Source of the DNA: Candidatus Binatia bacterium
GTDB lineage: Bacteria; Desulfobacterota; Binatia; Bin18
NCBI GenBank assembly: GCA_963666315.2
Contig: CAXXHG010000001.1
Coordinates: forward strand, 14,681-78,680
Length of the DNA: 64,000 nt
Direction of reading: 5' to 3'
Below, piece by piece: positions 19,787 to 29,146 of the stretch (the first letter of the stretch is position 1; every line of letters begins with the position of its first letter). Under the pieces are notes generated by a model, which saw only the letters and a list, made by a program, of their open reading frames with translations, had not been told where the DNA came from and ran no database searches. The position numbers and the translations under genes were made by a program.

Positions 19787-20908
19787 TCAAATCCCATAAA
19801 ACGCGGCGGCATTTGCCCCCAAGATCCTGTCAACTGAATGGGTCGGCAACGCGGAGAGCAGATCGCGCATTGTCTGTACGGGGTTCCTAAAGCCCTCAGC
19901 GTGCGGATAGTCTGAGCCGACAAAGAATTTCTCATCCCCCACAAACGGGACGATATACGGCAGCAGCTTCTCACTCGGATCAGCATTGATCCAAATATTC
20001 CGTGCAAGATACTCTCGAATCGGCCGCTTCATCTGCGAGGTGTGACGCATGTATTGGTAGCGGTAATCAAAGCGCTCGATCCACTCTCCGACCCAACTCC
20101 CCATCGCCTCGACTGTCGCTGCGCGTAGCGCGGGAAACCGCTCAAACACCCCGTCGTACACCATGGTAGTCAGGGACAAACGCGGGTCTTGGATCAGATT
20201 CATCGAGATAAACATGAAGCCTGGATTGCGGTGCCGATACCAAGCACTGCCCAAATATTCTTTGTTCGCAACGGGGTGAATGCTGACCGCGAGGTTGAGG
20301 TCTTCGGCGGCTGCCCACACCGGGTTGTAGTCTACATGTCCAAAGCTTTTGCCATCTACCGGAGCGGAGCCGACCATGACCGCCCGGGCGCCTAACTTTT
20401 TTACCCGGTGTATTTCTTGGGCTGCCAGGGCCGGGTCGCGCAGGGAGATATGGGCCACGGGCAGGAGACGGTCGAGATGTCCTGCAGTCATCTCAAAAGC
20501 CCAGGTGTTGTACGCTTGACAATGCGCCGCCGCGAGCTGAGGGTCGTGGAGCTCTCCTTCCCACAAGAGTCCGAGCGTGGGGTAGAGCACTTGAAAATCA
20601 ATTCCCTCCGCATCTAAAAACTGCAGCCGCTTGTCCATATTCTGCCAATCCCCGCCCGTATACAGAGACTGATCGAACTCGTTGAGCGCGTGTCCGTCTT
20701 CTTTTTGGCCGTAGCCGACAACGGCGCTGAGCATCTCATCGATTTCGCTGCCTAGTCGTATGGGTTTGCCATCCACTACCATCTGCCGCTTACCGCTGGA
20801 CGGGTCTTTCTCCATATGCATGGCGCGCTCCCGGTAAGCCGGCTCAATATAGTGCAGATACAAATCAAGCGGTTCAATAAAATGACTGTCGCCGTCGACG
20901 ATTTTCAT
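19787..20908 (-). CDS. Amidohydrolase_2 family protein
   Basis: VDGDSHFIEP, QVLYPT, FERFPALR, GSDYPHAEG. Confidence 0.9.
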   Translation of the reverse strand: MKIVDGDSHFIEPLDLYLHYIEPAYRERAMHMEKDPSSGKRQMVVDGKPIRLGSEIDEMLSAVVGYGQKEDGHALNEFDQSLYTGGDWQNMDKRLQFLDAEGIDFQVLYPTLGLLWEGELHDPQLAAAHCQAYNTWAFEMTAGHLDRLLPVAHISLRDPALAAQEIHRVKKLGARAVMVGSAPVDGKSFGHVDYNPVWAAAEDLNLAVSIHPVANKEYLGSAWYRHRNPGFMFISMNLIQDPRLSLTTMVYDGVFERFPALRAATVEAMGSWVGEWIERFDYRYQYMRHTSQMKRPIREYLARNIWINADPSEKLLPYIVPFVGDEKFFVGSDYPHAEGFRNPVQTMRDLLSALPTHSVDRILGANAAAFYGI

Positions 20909-20921
20909 ACGGTGCTCCTTA

Positions 20922-22091
20922 TTAATTGTGAAACTCAGGAATAATCTTCGTTCCAAAGAGCTCCAGCTGCTCTTTTATCGCGTCGCGTGGCAGGTAGCCT
21001 TGATCGGACAGAATCATGAACCAGTCCGGGTTTAGTTTTTCTTGGACGGTTTCCATCTGTCGCCGGATGTCATCGACTGTGCCAACAAAGGCGATGCCGG
21101 CCTCGATCATCGGCTCGATGGTCGTGGGGATTTCTGGAGAAAACTTCGCGTGGAACTGGCTGAAGAGAAAAATCGACCCGTCACGTGCGCGTCGCAAGGC
21201 TTCCTCGCGCGTCTTGCCGATATACACCAGCCTGGCCAAGCCGACCCCCTGGCCGCGCTGTAGATTACGTCCAGCTTCGTTTGCCGCTTCGGCGTAGAAC
21301 GAAGCACCGTTAACCGCGAGATCGGGGAAAGGCAGGAACATCATTGGCACAATGCCTTCGCGTGCCGCCCAGCGTATGGTTGCTTCATTCGTGGTGAGGG
21401 CTTGGAACAAGGGCGGATGCGGTTTCTGATACGGTTTGGGGACTGGTGAGATCTTTCGTAGCCAACCGGTGTCATCGACTTCACCGGGGGCACCATAGCG
21501 CCGTGTGGCTTCATGCGCTGCCCACGCATGTCCTTCAGCCGGGAAGGGTGCTTGGTAGTATTTGCCTTTGAAAGAGAAGGGTTCGTCTTTCCAAGAGAGC
21601 TTCATTACCTCAAAAAGTTCCTGGAAGACCTCACGGTTGTGGAGTTCGGCTTCGGGACCCGAAGTGCCAGGCTCGACGCCGTATTTTTGTCCCAAGACAT
21701 TCACCCAGCGCGGGAAAAACCCACGTGCCAGGCCGACAAAGACGCGGCCCTTCGACATATGGTCTGCCCAGGCAATATCCTCAGCGAGCCGAATCGGGTC
21801 CCAGGTTGGGAGGACGAATCCGACTGGTCCGACTTGAATACGTTTGGTGTGATATAGCAGGTTGAGCAGGTGGGGAATTGGAGTGGCGCCGGCTTCCATC
21901 CCCTCGGTATAGAAATGGTGCTCAGAATAGCTCAGTGCGTCGAAATTCATTTCTTCGGCCAACTGGGCGATATCGACCATCTCTTCGAGCATTTCCTGGA
22001 TTTTATCCGTGCGGTGGGCAATAGGCGCCAGTCGTTCTCGTTCCTCTGGGGTGGCGGGCACAACCGGGGTTTGATGCAGCATGAATTTCAT
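20922..22091 (-). CDS. LLM-class flavin-dependent oxidoreductase
   Basis: SEHHFYTEG, DPIRLAEDIA, PKPYQKPHPPLF. Confidence 0.9.
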   Translation of the reverse strand: MKFMLHQTPVVPATPEERERLAPIAHRTDKIQEMLEEMVDIAQLAEEMNFDALSYSEHHFYTEGMEAGATPIPHLLNLLYHTKRIQVGPVGFVLPTWDPIRLAEDIAWADHMSKGRVFVGLARGFFPRWVNVLGQKYGVEPGTSGPEAELHNREVFQELFEVMKLSWKDEPFSFKGKYYQAPFPAEGHAWAAHEATRRYGAPGEVDDTGWLRKISPVPKPYQKPHPPLFQALTTNEATIRWAAREGIVPMMFLPFPDLAVNGASFYAEAANEAGRNLQRGQGVGLARLVYIGKTREEALRRARDGSIFLFSQFHAKFSPEIPTTIEPMIEAGIAFVGTVDDIRRQMETVQEKLNPDWFMILSDQGYLPRDAIKEQLELFGTKIIPEFHN

Positions 22092-22136
22092 AACGACCCT
22101 CCTTATAGGGGCTGACTGTACCAAGCGTGTCTTATG

Positions 22137-23228
22137 CTACACAAGATATTTCGCTACTGCGTGCTCATCCCATGCGAGGCCTGTCCCCGGTGTGGAGGAG
22201 GGCAGAATCTTGCCATCTTCAATAACAGTCGGTTCTTGGAGAATGAGATCCGCCCAGTCCATATACTCCAGCCAATGCCGCGTTGGCGTTACTGCGAGCA
22301 AGTGAGCGCTGATTTCTGGGTAGAGATGGGAGGAGATAGGAATGCCGCTGGGCCCAGCCAAGGCAATCGCTCGCAGCCAGCCTGAGACGCCGCCGATTTT
22401 ATTTGCATCCGGCATGAGGAAGTCCCCAGCCCCGGCAGCGATTGCCTTGGCCATGTCATGCGGTCCCCAAAAGTTCTCTCCAAGCTGAATGGGCGTTTGA
22501 GTGGATTGGCGAATGAGGGCATAGCCTGCGTAATCGTCCGCGCGGGTGGGCTCTTCGATCCAACACAGCCCCTCACCGTCAAGTGCTTGGGCCCTTTGCA
22601 TGGCCTCAGGAACGGACAAAGACTGATTGTAGTCCGACATCAAGGCGATGTTATCGGGAATTGCGTTGCGGACTGCGCGCACCACCTCAACATCTGTTTT
22701 TACATCCGGATAGCCCAGTCTGACTTTGATGGCTTTGAAGCCTGGCTCAACAAGCGCTCTCGCTTCATCGCCGGCTCGTTCGGCACCGATAATTCCCAAA
22801 CCCGTACTGTTGTAAGCCGGAATCGGTTGGGCTTTTCCTCCAAGCAGCTGAACCAAAGGAAGTCCAGCTGCTTTTGCGCATGCATCCCAGGCCGCGCTAT
22901 CGATACCGGCGGCTGCCATGGCAGTAAAACCCTGTGGGCCGAGCAAACGAAAGGCTCGTTGTAATTTTTCTTCTAGGGCGAGCGGGGCAACTACTTCACC
23001 GTTGATGAGGTCGCCCAGATTGTGCAGCAGCTTGACGAGAGGTTCAAGGACAAACGCGGCATAGCAGAAGATATAGCCACAGCCGGTAATGCCTTCCTCC
23101 GTCTCAAGATCGACCAGTACAAGCGGGATCTTGGCGACTGATCCCCCTCCCGTTTGTATTGGTCTCGTCATGGGCAGGCTGAGCGCACGGGCATGTAAGG
23201 AGCGGACTGTGAGGGCATGGTTGGGCAT
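22137..23228 (-). CDS. Mandelate racemase subgroup enolase-superfamily enzyme (K-x-R variant)
   Basis: DYNQ, WIEEP, GEN metal ligands; MPD, SSH, LEY; KVRLGYP. Confidence 0.85.
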   Translation of the reverse strand: MPNHALTVRSLHARALSLPMTRPIQTGGGSVAKIPLVLVDLETEEGITGCGYIFCYAAFVLEPLVKLLHNLGDLINGEVVAPLALEEKLQRAFRLLGPQGFTAMAAAGIDSAAWDACAKAAGLPLVQLLGGKAQPIPAYNSTGLGIIGAERAGDEARALVEPGFKAIKVRLGYPDVKTDVEVVRAVRNAIPDNIALMSDYNQSLSVPEAMQRAQALDGEGLCWIEEPTRADDYAGYALIRQSTQTPIQLGENFWGPHDMAKAIAAGAGDFLMPDANKIGGVSGWLRAIALAGPSGIPISSHLYPEISAHLLAVTPTRHWLEYMDWADLILQEPTVIEDGKILPSSTPGTGLAWDEHAVAKYLV

Positions 23229-23363
23229 AAGTTCTCCTCTCTCCCGGTGGGCATGCGAATGCAGAGTATAGCCAATTCATTGAGAGAAAGATAATGTCAC
23301 AGACCTCGACAAATTCTATTTTCATGGCGTTCATCTCTGACGTTCTGATAAAGGGGATCCTAG

Positions 23364-24560
23364 ATGCAGCACAGCGCTGACCGTATTCTCACTACCTACG
23401 TGGGCAGTCTGCCGCGCAGTGAAAAACTTCTGCAAATGCTGACGGATAAAGAGGCCGGCAACAACGTTGACGAAGGCGCGTTTGAGGCGCAGGTTGAACG
23501 CGATCTCGACTTCGTGCTCCGAAAACAACACGAAGTAGGCGTGGACATTCTGTGTGACGGGGAACTGCCCCGGTTTGGATTCTCTTTTTATGTTAAAGAC
23601 CGCATGTCGGGCTTCGGCGGCCACTCGACACGTGGCACAGTCACGGATTTTGTCAAGTTTCCAGGCTACGCCAAATTGAAGCAACAACAGGCTTCGAAAG
23701 GAGACGAAATCTCCGAGAGTGCAACTTTGTATGCCATGCCCGAATGTCAAAACGCGGTGAAATACGACCCGGATAAACGCGTCGCCCGACAAGAGTTGAG
23801 CTTGTTCAAAGAAGCCCTAGAACGAACAGGGGTTGGGAGAAAGGCAACACAAACCTTTGTCACCGCAGCCACTCCAGGCATAGTCTCAACGACACTCCTA
23901 CGTAACCCTGATAATCCGGACTACTCGAATGACCGTGATTATATCATGGCGCTGGCTGAGGAGCTGCGCGGTGAATATGAACTCATTGTCGAGCACGGGC
24001 ATATTCTCCAGGTTGACGGACCGGATCTGGCCCTTGAGCGCCAGATTATGTTTGTGGATAAACCGCTGGATGCTTTCTTGAAACGGGTTGAGTTGCATAT
24101 CGAGGCACTCAATGCCTCTCTGATCAATATTCCTAAAGATCGTGTGCGCTTGCACGTGTGCTGGGGAAACTGGGATGGTCCACATATCGATGATATAGAT
24201 CTGGAGCCGCTGCTACCGCTTTTATATCAAGCCAATGTCGGGGGGCTGAGCATCCCCTTTGCCAACCCACGCCATCAGCATGAGGGCGAGCTTTTTATTT
24301 CGCATCCTCTACCAGATGATATGTTGCTTTTCCCTGGAGTGATTGATGTGACAACGAACTATCTCGAACACCCGGAGGTGGTAGCGGAACGCATTGCGCG
24401 CATTGTCGACGTGGTTGGCGACCGAGAACGCATTATCGCGAGTACAGACTGTGGCTTCTCAACTTTTGCCGGCTATAGCATGGTTGCTGACGATGTAGTG
24501 TGGGCTAAATTGCAAGTTCTCAGCGCAGGAGCAGCCTTAGCCTCTAAACGGTTGTGGTAA
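23364..24560 (+). CDS. Cobalamin-independent methionine synthase II (single-barrel) family protein
   Basis: TTYVGSLPR, HVCWGNWDGPH, STDCGF. Confidence 0.88.
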   Translation: MQHSADRILTTYVGSLPRSEKLLQMLTDKEAGNNVDEGAFEAQVERDLDFVLRKQHEVGVDILCDGELPRFGFSFYVKDRMSGFGGHSTRGTVTDFVKFPGYAKLKQQQASKGDEISESATLYAMPECQNAVKYDPDKRVARQELSLFKEALERTGVGRKATQTFVTAATPGIVSTTLLRNPDNPDYSNDRDYIMALAEELRGEYELIVEHGHILQVDGPDLALERQIMFVDKPLDAFLKRVELHIEALNASLINIPKDRVRLHVCWGNWDGPHIDDIDLEPLLPLLYQANVGGLSIPFANPRHQHEGELFISHPLPDDMLLFPGVIDVTTNYLEHPEVVAERIARIVDVVGDRERIIASTDCGFSTFAGYSMVADDVVWAKLQVLSAGAALASKRLW

Positions 24561-24587
24561 TACAACGAGTTCTAAGGAGGGAAGACA

Positions 24588-25163
24588 ATGGCAGCCCGCA
24601 ACATGACCAAAGAAGAACTTGCCCAGCGCGTCGCGCGTTTTGACCAACTCCAACCCATGTCTACGTCAAAAGACATGGCCGACGTGCCGCAGGAAGCTAT
24701 GGATGTCATTTTTGCGCGCAAGCTCATGCCCGTTATCCTCGAGCACACCAAGAATCCCTTTGGCGAGAGCGCCGCGATCTATGGTGCGGCCGGAACCACC
24801 ATGTTTGTTTCTGTTTGCCCTCCCGGACAGGGGCCGTGTCTGCATTCACATGATAAGACATATGAGACGTTCATGGTGCTCGACGGCGCGTTTGAGTTTC
24901 ACCTTGGCGACGAAGGCCAAGAAACCGTCATACTCAACAAATGGGATACGTTTTCCTGCCCGCCAGGTGTGTATCGGGGTTTTCATAAGGTTGCGGATAA
25001 AGACAGCGTGTTGCCGACCGTTATCACTGGCGAAGTGGGCGCCCGCGATGACGTAGCCGTGCCACCGAAAATTACCGAAGAGCTGCGGGCTGATTTTGGG
25101 GAAGAGGTAGTTGAGAGATTTCGGAAGATTGCCACGTTTAATGAACGCGAGCAAGCAACCTGA
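24588..25163 (+). CDS. Cupin domain protein
   Basis: PPGQGPCLHSHDKTYETF, CPPGVYRGF. Confidence 0.85.
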   Translation: MAARNMTKEELAQRVARFDQLQPMSTSKDMADVPQEAMDVIFARKLMPVILEHTKNPFGESAAIYGAAGTTMFVSVCPPGQGPCLHSHDKTYETFMVLDGAFEFHLGDEGQETVILNKWDTFSCPPGVYRGFHKVADKDSVLPTVITGEVGARDDVAVPPKITEELRADFGEEVVERFRKIATFNEREQAT

Positions 25164-25213
25164 TTAACTAGGTTCAAAAATCGCCACTGTAGTGAAGAGG
25201 AAAGGAATGTAAT

Positions 25214-25657
25214 ATGGACGTGGAACAAAAGCAGAAACTCGCAGATCTGTATGCGCAGCAGCATGTCTCGGTATTAACTACTGCCGGCGAGGAGTGGCCG
25301 ACGGCGCATCTTCAAGCGTTCGGGCAGACGGATGGCCTCGATCTCATCTTTATTGTTCTGGCGGATACGGAAAAGTATCAGAATCTGCTCAAACGGCCCC
25401 AGGTGACAGTGGCGATTGATAATAGAGACACGGCTGATGTCTCGACACTGCAAGTCGTACGGGCAACGATTCAGGGCCTCGCCAAAGAGGTTGCTCGGGA
25501 CAGTGCGGAATGGAATGAGTTGAAAGATATCTTTCTTAAAAAGAATCCGTTTGAAGAACCGTTTTTTGGTTATGACACGCTGCGCATGGTACGTGTCATA
25601 ACCAAGCGAATCTCTTATGCCAACGGACTGGAGGATACGTTTAAAGCCGAGTTGTAG
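25214..25657 (+). CDS. Pyridoxamine 5'-phosphate oxidase-like (FMN/F420 split barrel) protein
   Basis: VLTT...TEKYQNLLKRPQVTVAIDNR. Confidence 0.75.
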   Translation: MDVEQKQKLADLYAQQHVSVLTTAGEEWPTAHLQAFGQTDGLDLIFIVLADTEKYQNLLKRPQVTVAIDNRDTADVSTLQVVRATIQGLAKEVARDSAEWNELKDIFLKKNPFEEPFFGYDTLRMVRVITKRISYANGLEDTFKAEL

Positions 25658-25681
25658 GGGGTAGCTTGCATGGGTAAGAAA

Positions 25682-25722
25682 CCACCCCGGTGCTAAGCGC
25701 CACCCCTCCCACGAGGGGAGTT
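25682..25722. repeat. CACCCC-type palindromic repeat, copy 1
   Basis: ccaccccggtgctaagcgccacccctcccacgaggggag; similar to 29078-29123. Confidence 0.65.
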
Positions 25723-25731
25723 TCTGTAGGG

Positions 25732-26736
25732 CTATGGAGCCATTGCTCCATCCGCAAAATATTTAGAGGCTACGTCTCTGGCCTGCTCCCGGCTAAGCCC
25801 GTGCGACTCCCAGGCATCGCGCGAACGATCAAGGATTTCTTCGAGGTCTGTCGTCTTCTTAAAATCCCCAAGTTGATCCTGCTCGGTCTCAAGCCCTAAA
25901 GCCTCAGCTACGATAGAGATATAGTTGCGCACGGTGAGGTTCGCATCCCCGATCTCACACCACTCACGGTGACAGGCGTGTGAGATTGTTGCCAGCGTTT
26001 CGGCCGGACTCGTCTCTTTTAATGAGTCGCCCAGTTCTGTCCGAATCTCACGGAATCGCTTGGGCGACATGCGCAGGCCTGCCGCACCGCAGTCGTAGTC
26101 AAGCTCTGGTGGAGATTGGATTTCATCGAGCAGTTCAATGCCGGGAATTGAACCCAGGAGGATTGCGGCTGACTCCCGGTCTATAGACGCACGTCGCTGT
26201 CCCTCTTCATGTCCGGTTCGCCCGACATGGGTATGCAGCGCAACCTTGCTGGGGACTGATTGTTTCCAAGCGATCTCTCCGCGCTGCACCATGTCAGACA
26301 GGAATTTCGTGGTATGGGTGATCTCGAACTGCGGTTGGCGACTATCGCGTCCAATGACGATGTCTTTGAAATGCACATTGCACGACGGACACCACATGAC
26401 GACTTGCTTGGGCTGATACGACTCTAAACGTCCGACAGTCCGGTCTGAAACCTGACTGCCTTTCTTGGGCCCGTCAAATTTGTCCCAGACTATGCCACAG
26501 CAAAACTGCACACCGCCAACTGGAATGAAATCGAGCCCTAGGTGAGTAAAGACGGCTATCACCTGTTTGGCGATATGCGGCGTGCGTAAAATATTACAGC
26601 CCAAGTATAGCACCGTGTCATAGGCGCGATCGGGCGCTTGGTGCTTCTCTATCCATGACACCTCTTCTGCCTTGATCTGTAATTGCTTGAGATCTTGAAG
26701 GCGGCGAAAGAATGCGGCGTAGTTGAAGTCTGGCAT
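25732..26736 (-). CDS. CCG-domain (HdrB/GlcF-like) Fe-S protein
   Basis: YLGC, FCCG and WCPSC motifs; degenerate second domain (DCG, SHAC). Confidence 0.75.
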   Translation of the reverse strand: MPDFNYAAFFRRLQDLKQLQIKAEEVSWIEKHQAPDRAYDTVLYLGCNILRTPHIAKQVIAVFTHLGLDFIPVGGVQFCCGIVWDKFDGPKKGSQVSDRTVGRLESYQPKQVVMWCPSCNVHFKDIVIGRDSRQPQFEITHTTKFLSDMVQRGEIAWKQSVPSKVALHTHVGRTGHEEGQRRASIDRESAAILLGSIPGIELLDEIQSPPELDYDCGAAGLRMSPKRFREIRTELGDSLKETSPAETLATISHACHREWCEIGDANLTVRNYISIVAEALGLETEQDQLGDFKKTTDLEEILDRSRDAWESHGLSREQARDVASKYFADGAMAP

Positions 26737-26759
26737 ATCTTTACTCTATCAAATCATCG

Positions 26760-26824
26760 GTAGGGTAATTCATGCATTCCCCTAGGTGAGGGTACCCCGA
26801 CCCTACAATCGGTCGTGGGGTCGG
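26760..26824. repeat. Composite of GTAG-family REP-like palindromes
   Basis: gtagggtaattcatgcattccccta followed by ggtgagggtaccccgaccctac...gtggggtcgg. Confidence 0.6.
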
Positions 26825-26825
26825 T

Positions 26826-27609
26826 TTAATTCAGGAAAGCGGTCACTGAGCGGACAAACTCCTCGGGTTGCTCATAGGGGATCATGTGTCCGGCTTGCTC
26901 AATTTCAACAATCTCGGCACTGACAATCTGCTGTTTGAACTGCTCAGCGTAGACCGGCGGAATCAGGGTATCGCTCTTGCCCCACACCAGCAGCGTTGGC
27001 GCAGTTAAGCGATACAAACGTTTTGAAAGTCTGCGGTTGGGGATTGGGAACAGAATTTTCCCCGCCATACTCAGGCGGCGCGAGTTGCCAATGTAGAACT
27101 CTTTCAATGCCTCGGGGTTCTTCAGATCGAGTCCGCCGGTCAGCATGGCCTCACCTTGTGCTCGGTCATGGAACAGGTATTGCGCGAACTCATGCGGAAG
27201 AAATGAGAAGATATCCGGAATGGGATGCTCTGGTATCCACAGTCCGGCTGATGCCACGAGCACGAGCTTGGACACGTCGTTCGGGGCCAGGCTCGCCATT
27301 TCCGCCGCAATCATACCGCCCATGGAATGGCCGACAATATGCGGCTTGGAGAGGCCCAGCGCATGAACCACATCCCAGCCGTGCAGACTGAAATCCAGCA
27401 TATCTTCCAACAACCCTTCGTCGGTTGATTCGCCAAAACCAGGGAATTCCGGGGCAAATACCTGGTAGTGTTCGGCCAGTTGATCGAGAAAGGGATTGTC
27501 CGGAAACAATCCGCCTGCTCCGTGCATGAAGACCAGAGGATCGCCGCTGCCCCCCTTCAAGGACGCGAACCTGTAAGCCCCGTTTCGTTTTGATCATGCG
27601 GCCGTTCAT
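26826..27609 (-). CDS. Alpha/beta hydrolase; frameshift in a G-run near 27555
   Basis: HGAGG, GHSMGG nucleophile, WGKSD, AGH; ATG overlaps the upstream LLM stop (ATGA). Confidence 0.85.
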
Positions 27610-28868
27610 AGCGGTATCCGTGCGTCCTGGCGTGCCTGCTCAATGCCTTGCTCGGGCTGGAGCCGTTCATCCATAGGCTTGCACCACCAACGGTTGTCGT
27701 CCTTCCATTCTGGCCACATATCGCGCAGCTGGGGCATCACTTGCTCGGCAAACAGCTTAGAGGAATAACGCGTCTTCCAGTCCGGCATATTGCCAATATG
27801 CATCAAGCAGAAAATATTGCCCACCCGGAGGCTCTTGATCAGATCTTCCATGCGTTCGCGGACCGTGGCCGGGCTACCGGCAATGATATAACCCTCGTCG
27901 ACCAGCTTTTTCCACGTTAGGTTCAGATACTGGTTCTGCATATCTTCACTCAAAGCGCTGAGAACGTCGGCCCTAATCGTCTTGATAGTGCGATAGCCCG
28001 GCGCATCGGCAAAACCGCCGTAGACATGTAGACAGCGGTTATAGAAATAGCTGACATGCTCAGCATACATCTCTTCTGCTTGCTGGTCTGTGTCAGCCAC
28101 ACAAATAGTTTGGGCAAATGCCGCACGGTAGGGGGACTCGTCTTTGCCGCGTGCGGCCACGCGATCCCAATAGCCGTCAAGCAGTTTTTTCGCACGCAGA
28201 TAGCCGTTGAAGGACAGATACGAATAGTTATAGTCGTGATCCAAGCAGAAGTCCCACGTTTCAACCGAACCGCCACCAGGGATATAAATCGGCGGGTTGG
28301 GCTTCTGGATCGGTTTCGGCCACAGATTCACATAGCGGAGTTGAGTGTATTTCCCGTCAAAGGCAAAGGGTTCATCCTCATGCCACGCCCGCATCACGAG
28401 CTCGTGCGCCTCGGCATACTTATCGCGGGTCAAACCCGGAATCTGGCCGTAGCAATAGTTGGTGTCCATAGAAGTCCCGACCGGGAATCCGGCAAGCAGC
28501 CGTCCGCCCGAGATAACGTCGAGCATGGCGAATTCTTCGGCAACCCGAATCGGCGGATTGTACAGGGCCAGCGAGTTGCCTATCACAGCGATGGCGGCTC
28601 GGGACGTGCGGCGCGCCAGTCCTGCTGCAATGAGATTTGGAGACGGCATCAGCCCATACCCATTTTGATGGTGCTCATTCACCCCAATGGCGTCATAGCC
28701 CAGGGAATCTGCATATTCGAGCTGGTCCATGTATTGATGGTAGACAAAGTGGCCTTTCTTGGGGTCAAATAACTTGTTCGGTATGTCCACCCATACAGAA
28801 CGGTGCTCCTCTCGGAAATTATCCGGCAGGTCCGGCCAGGGCATGAGATTAAACCAGGTAAATTTCAT
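27606..28868 (-). CDS. LLM-class flavin-dependent oxidoreductase
   Basis: GGAGG RBS; GVNEHHQNGYG, PPIRVAEEFAMLDVISGGRL. Confidence 0.9.
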   Translation of the reverse strand: MKFTWFNLMPWPDLPDNFREEHRSVWVDIPNKLFDPKKGHFVYHQYMDQLEYADSLGYDAIGVNEHHQNGYGLMPSPNLIAAGLARRTSRAAIAVIGNSLALYNPPIRVAEEFAMLDVISGGRLLAGFPVGTSMDTNYCYGQIPGLTRDKYAEAHELVMRAWHEDEPFAFDGKYTQLRYVNLWPKPIQKPNPPIYIPGGGSVETWDFCLDHDYNYSYLSFNGYLRAKKLLDGYWDRVAARGKDESPYRAAFAQTICVADTDQQAEEMYAEHVSYFYNRCLHVYGGFADAPGYRTIKTIRADVLSALSEDMQNQYLNLTWKKLVDEGYIIAGSPATVRERMEDLIKSLRVGNIFCLMHIGNMPDWKTRYSSKLFAEQVMPQLRDMWPEWKDDNRWWCKPMDERLQPEQGIEQARQDARIPL

Positions 28869-29077
28869 TACTTCCTCCGTTGCGTGGACTGTGTTCCTCG
28901 TTGCGTGGGCGGTGCACTTCCAACTTATTCTCCTGTCCGAACTTATCGGACCCGACGGGAGAACTCTAGACCAACAAGGGGTTGGACTGAAGGGGACGCG
29001 AAGATGGTAGGGTGGGTCCATTCAGGCCCATCGTTTTCTCTCGTCGTTGGTGTTTTCTGGTCAGATCGGGCACTGAG

Positions 29078-29123
29078 AACCCGCCCCGGCGCTTTGCGCC
29101 ACCCCTCCGTTGGAGGGGATTTC
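29078..29123. repeat. CACCCC-type palindromic repeat, copy 2
   Basis: aacccgccccggcgctttgcgccacccctccgttggaggggattt. Confidence 0.65.
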
Positions 29124-29146
29124 AAGGGGATGGGGCGAGAAACGAA

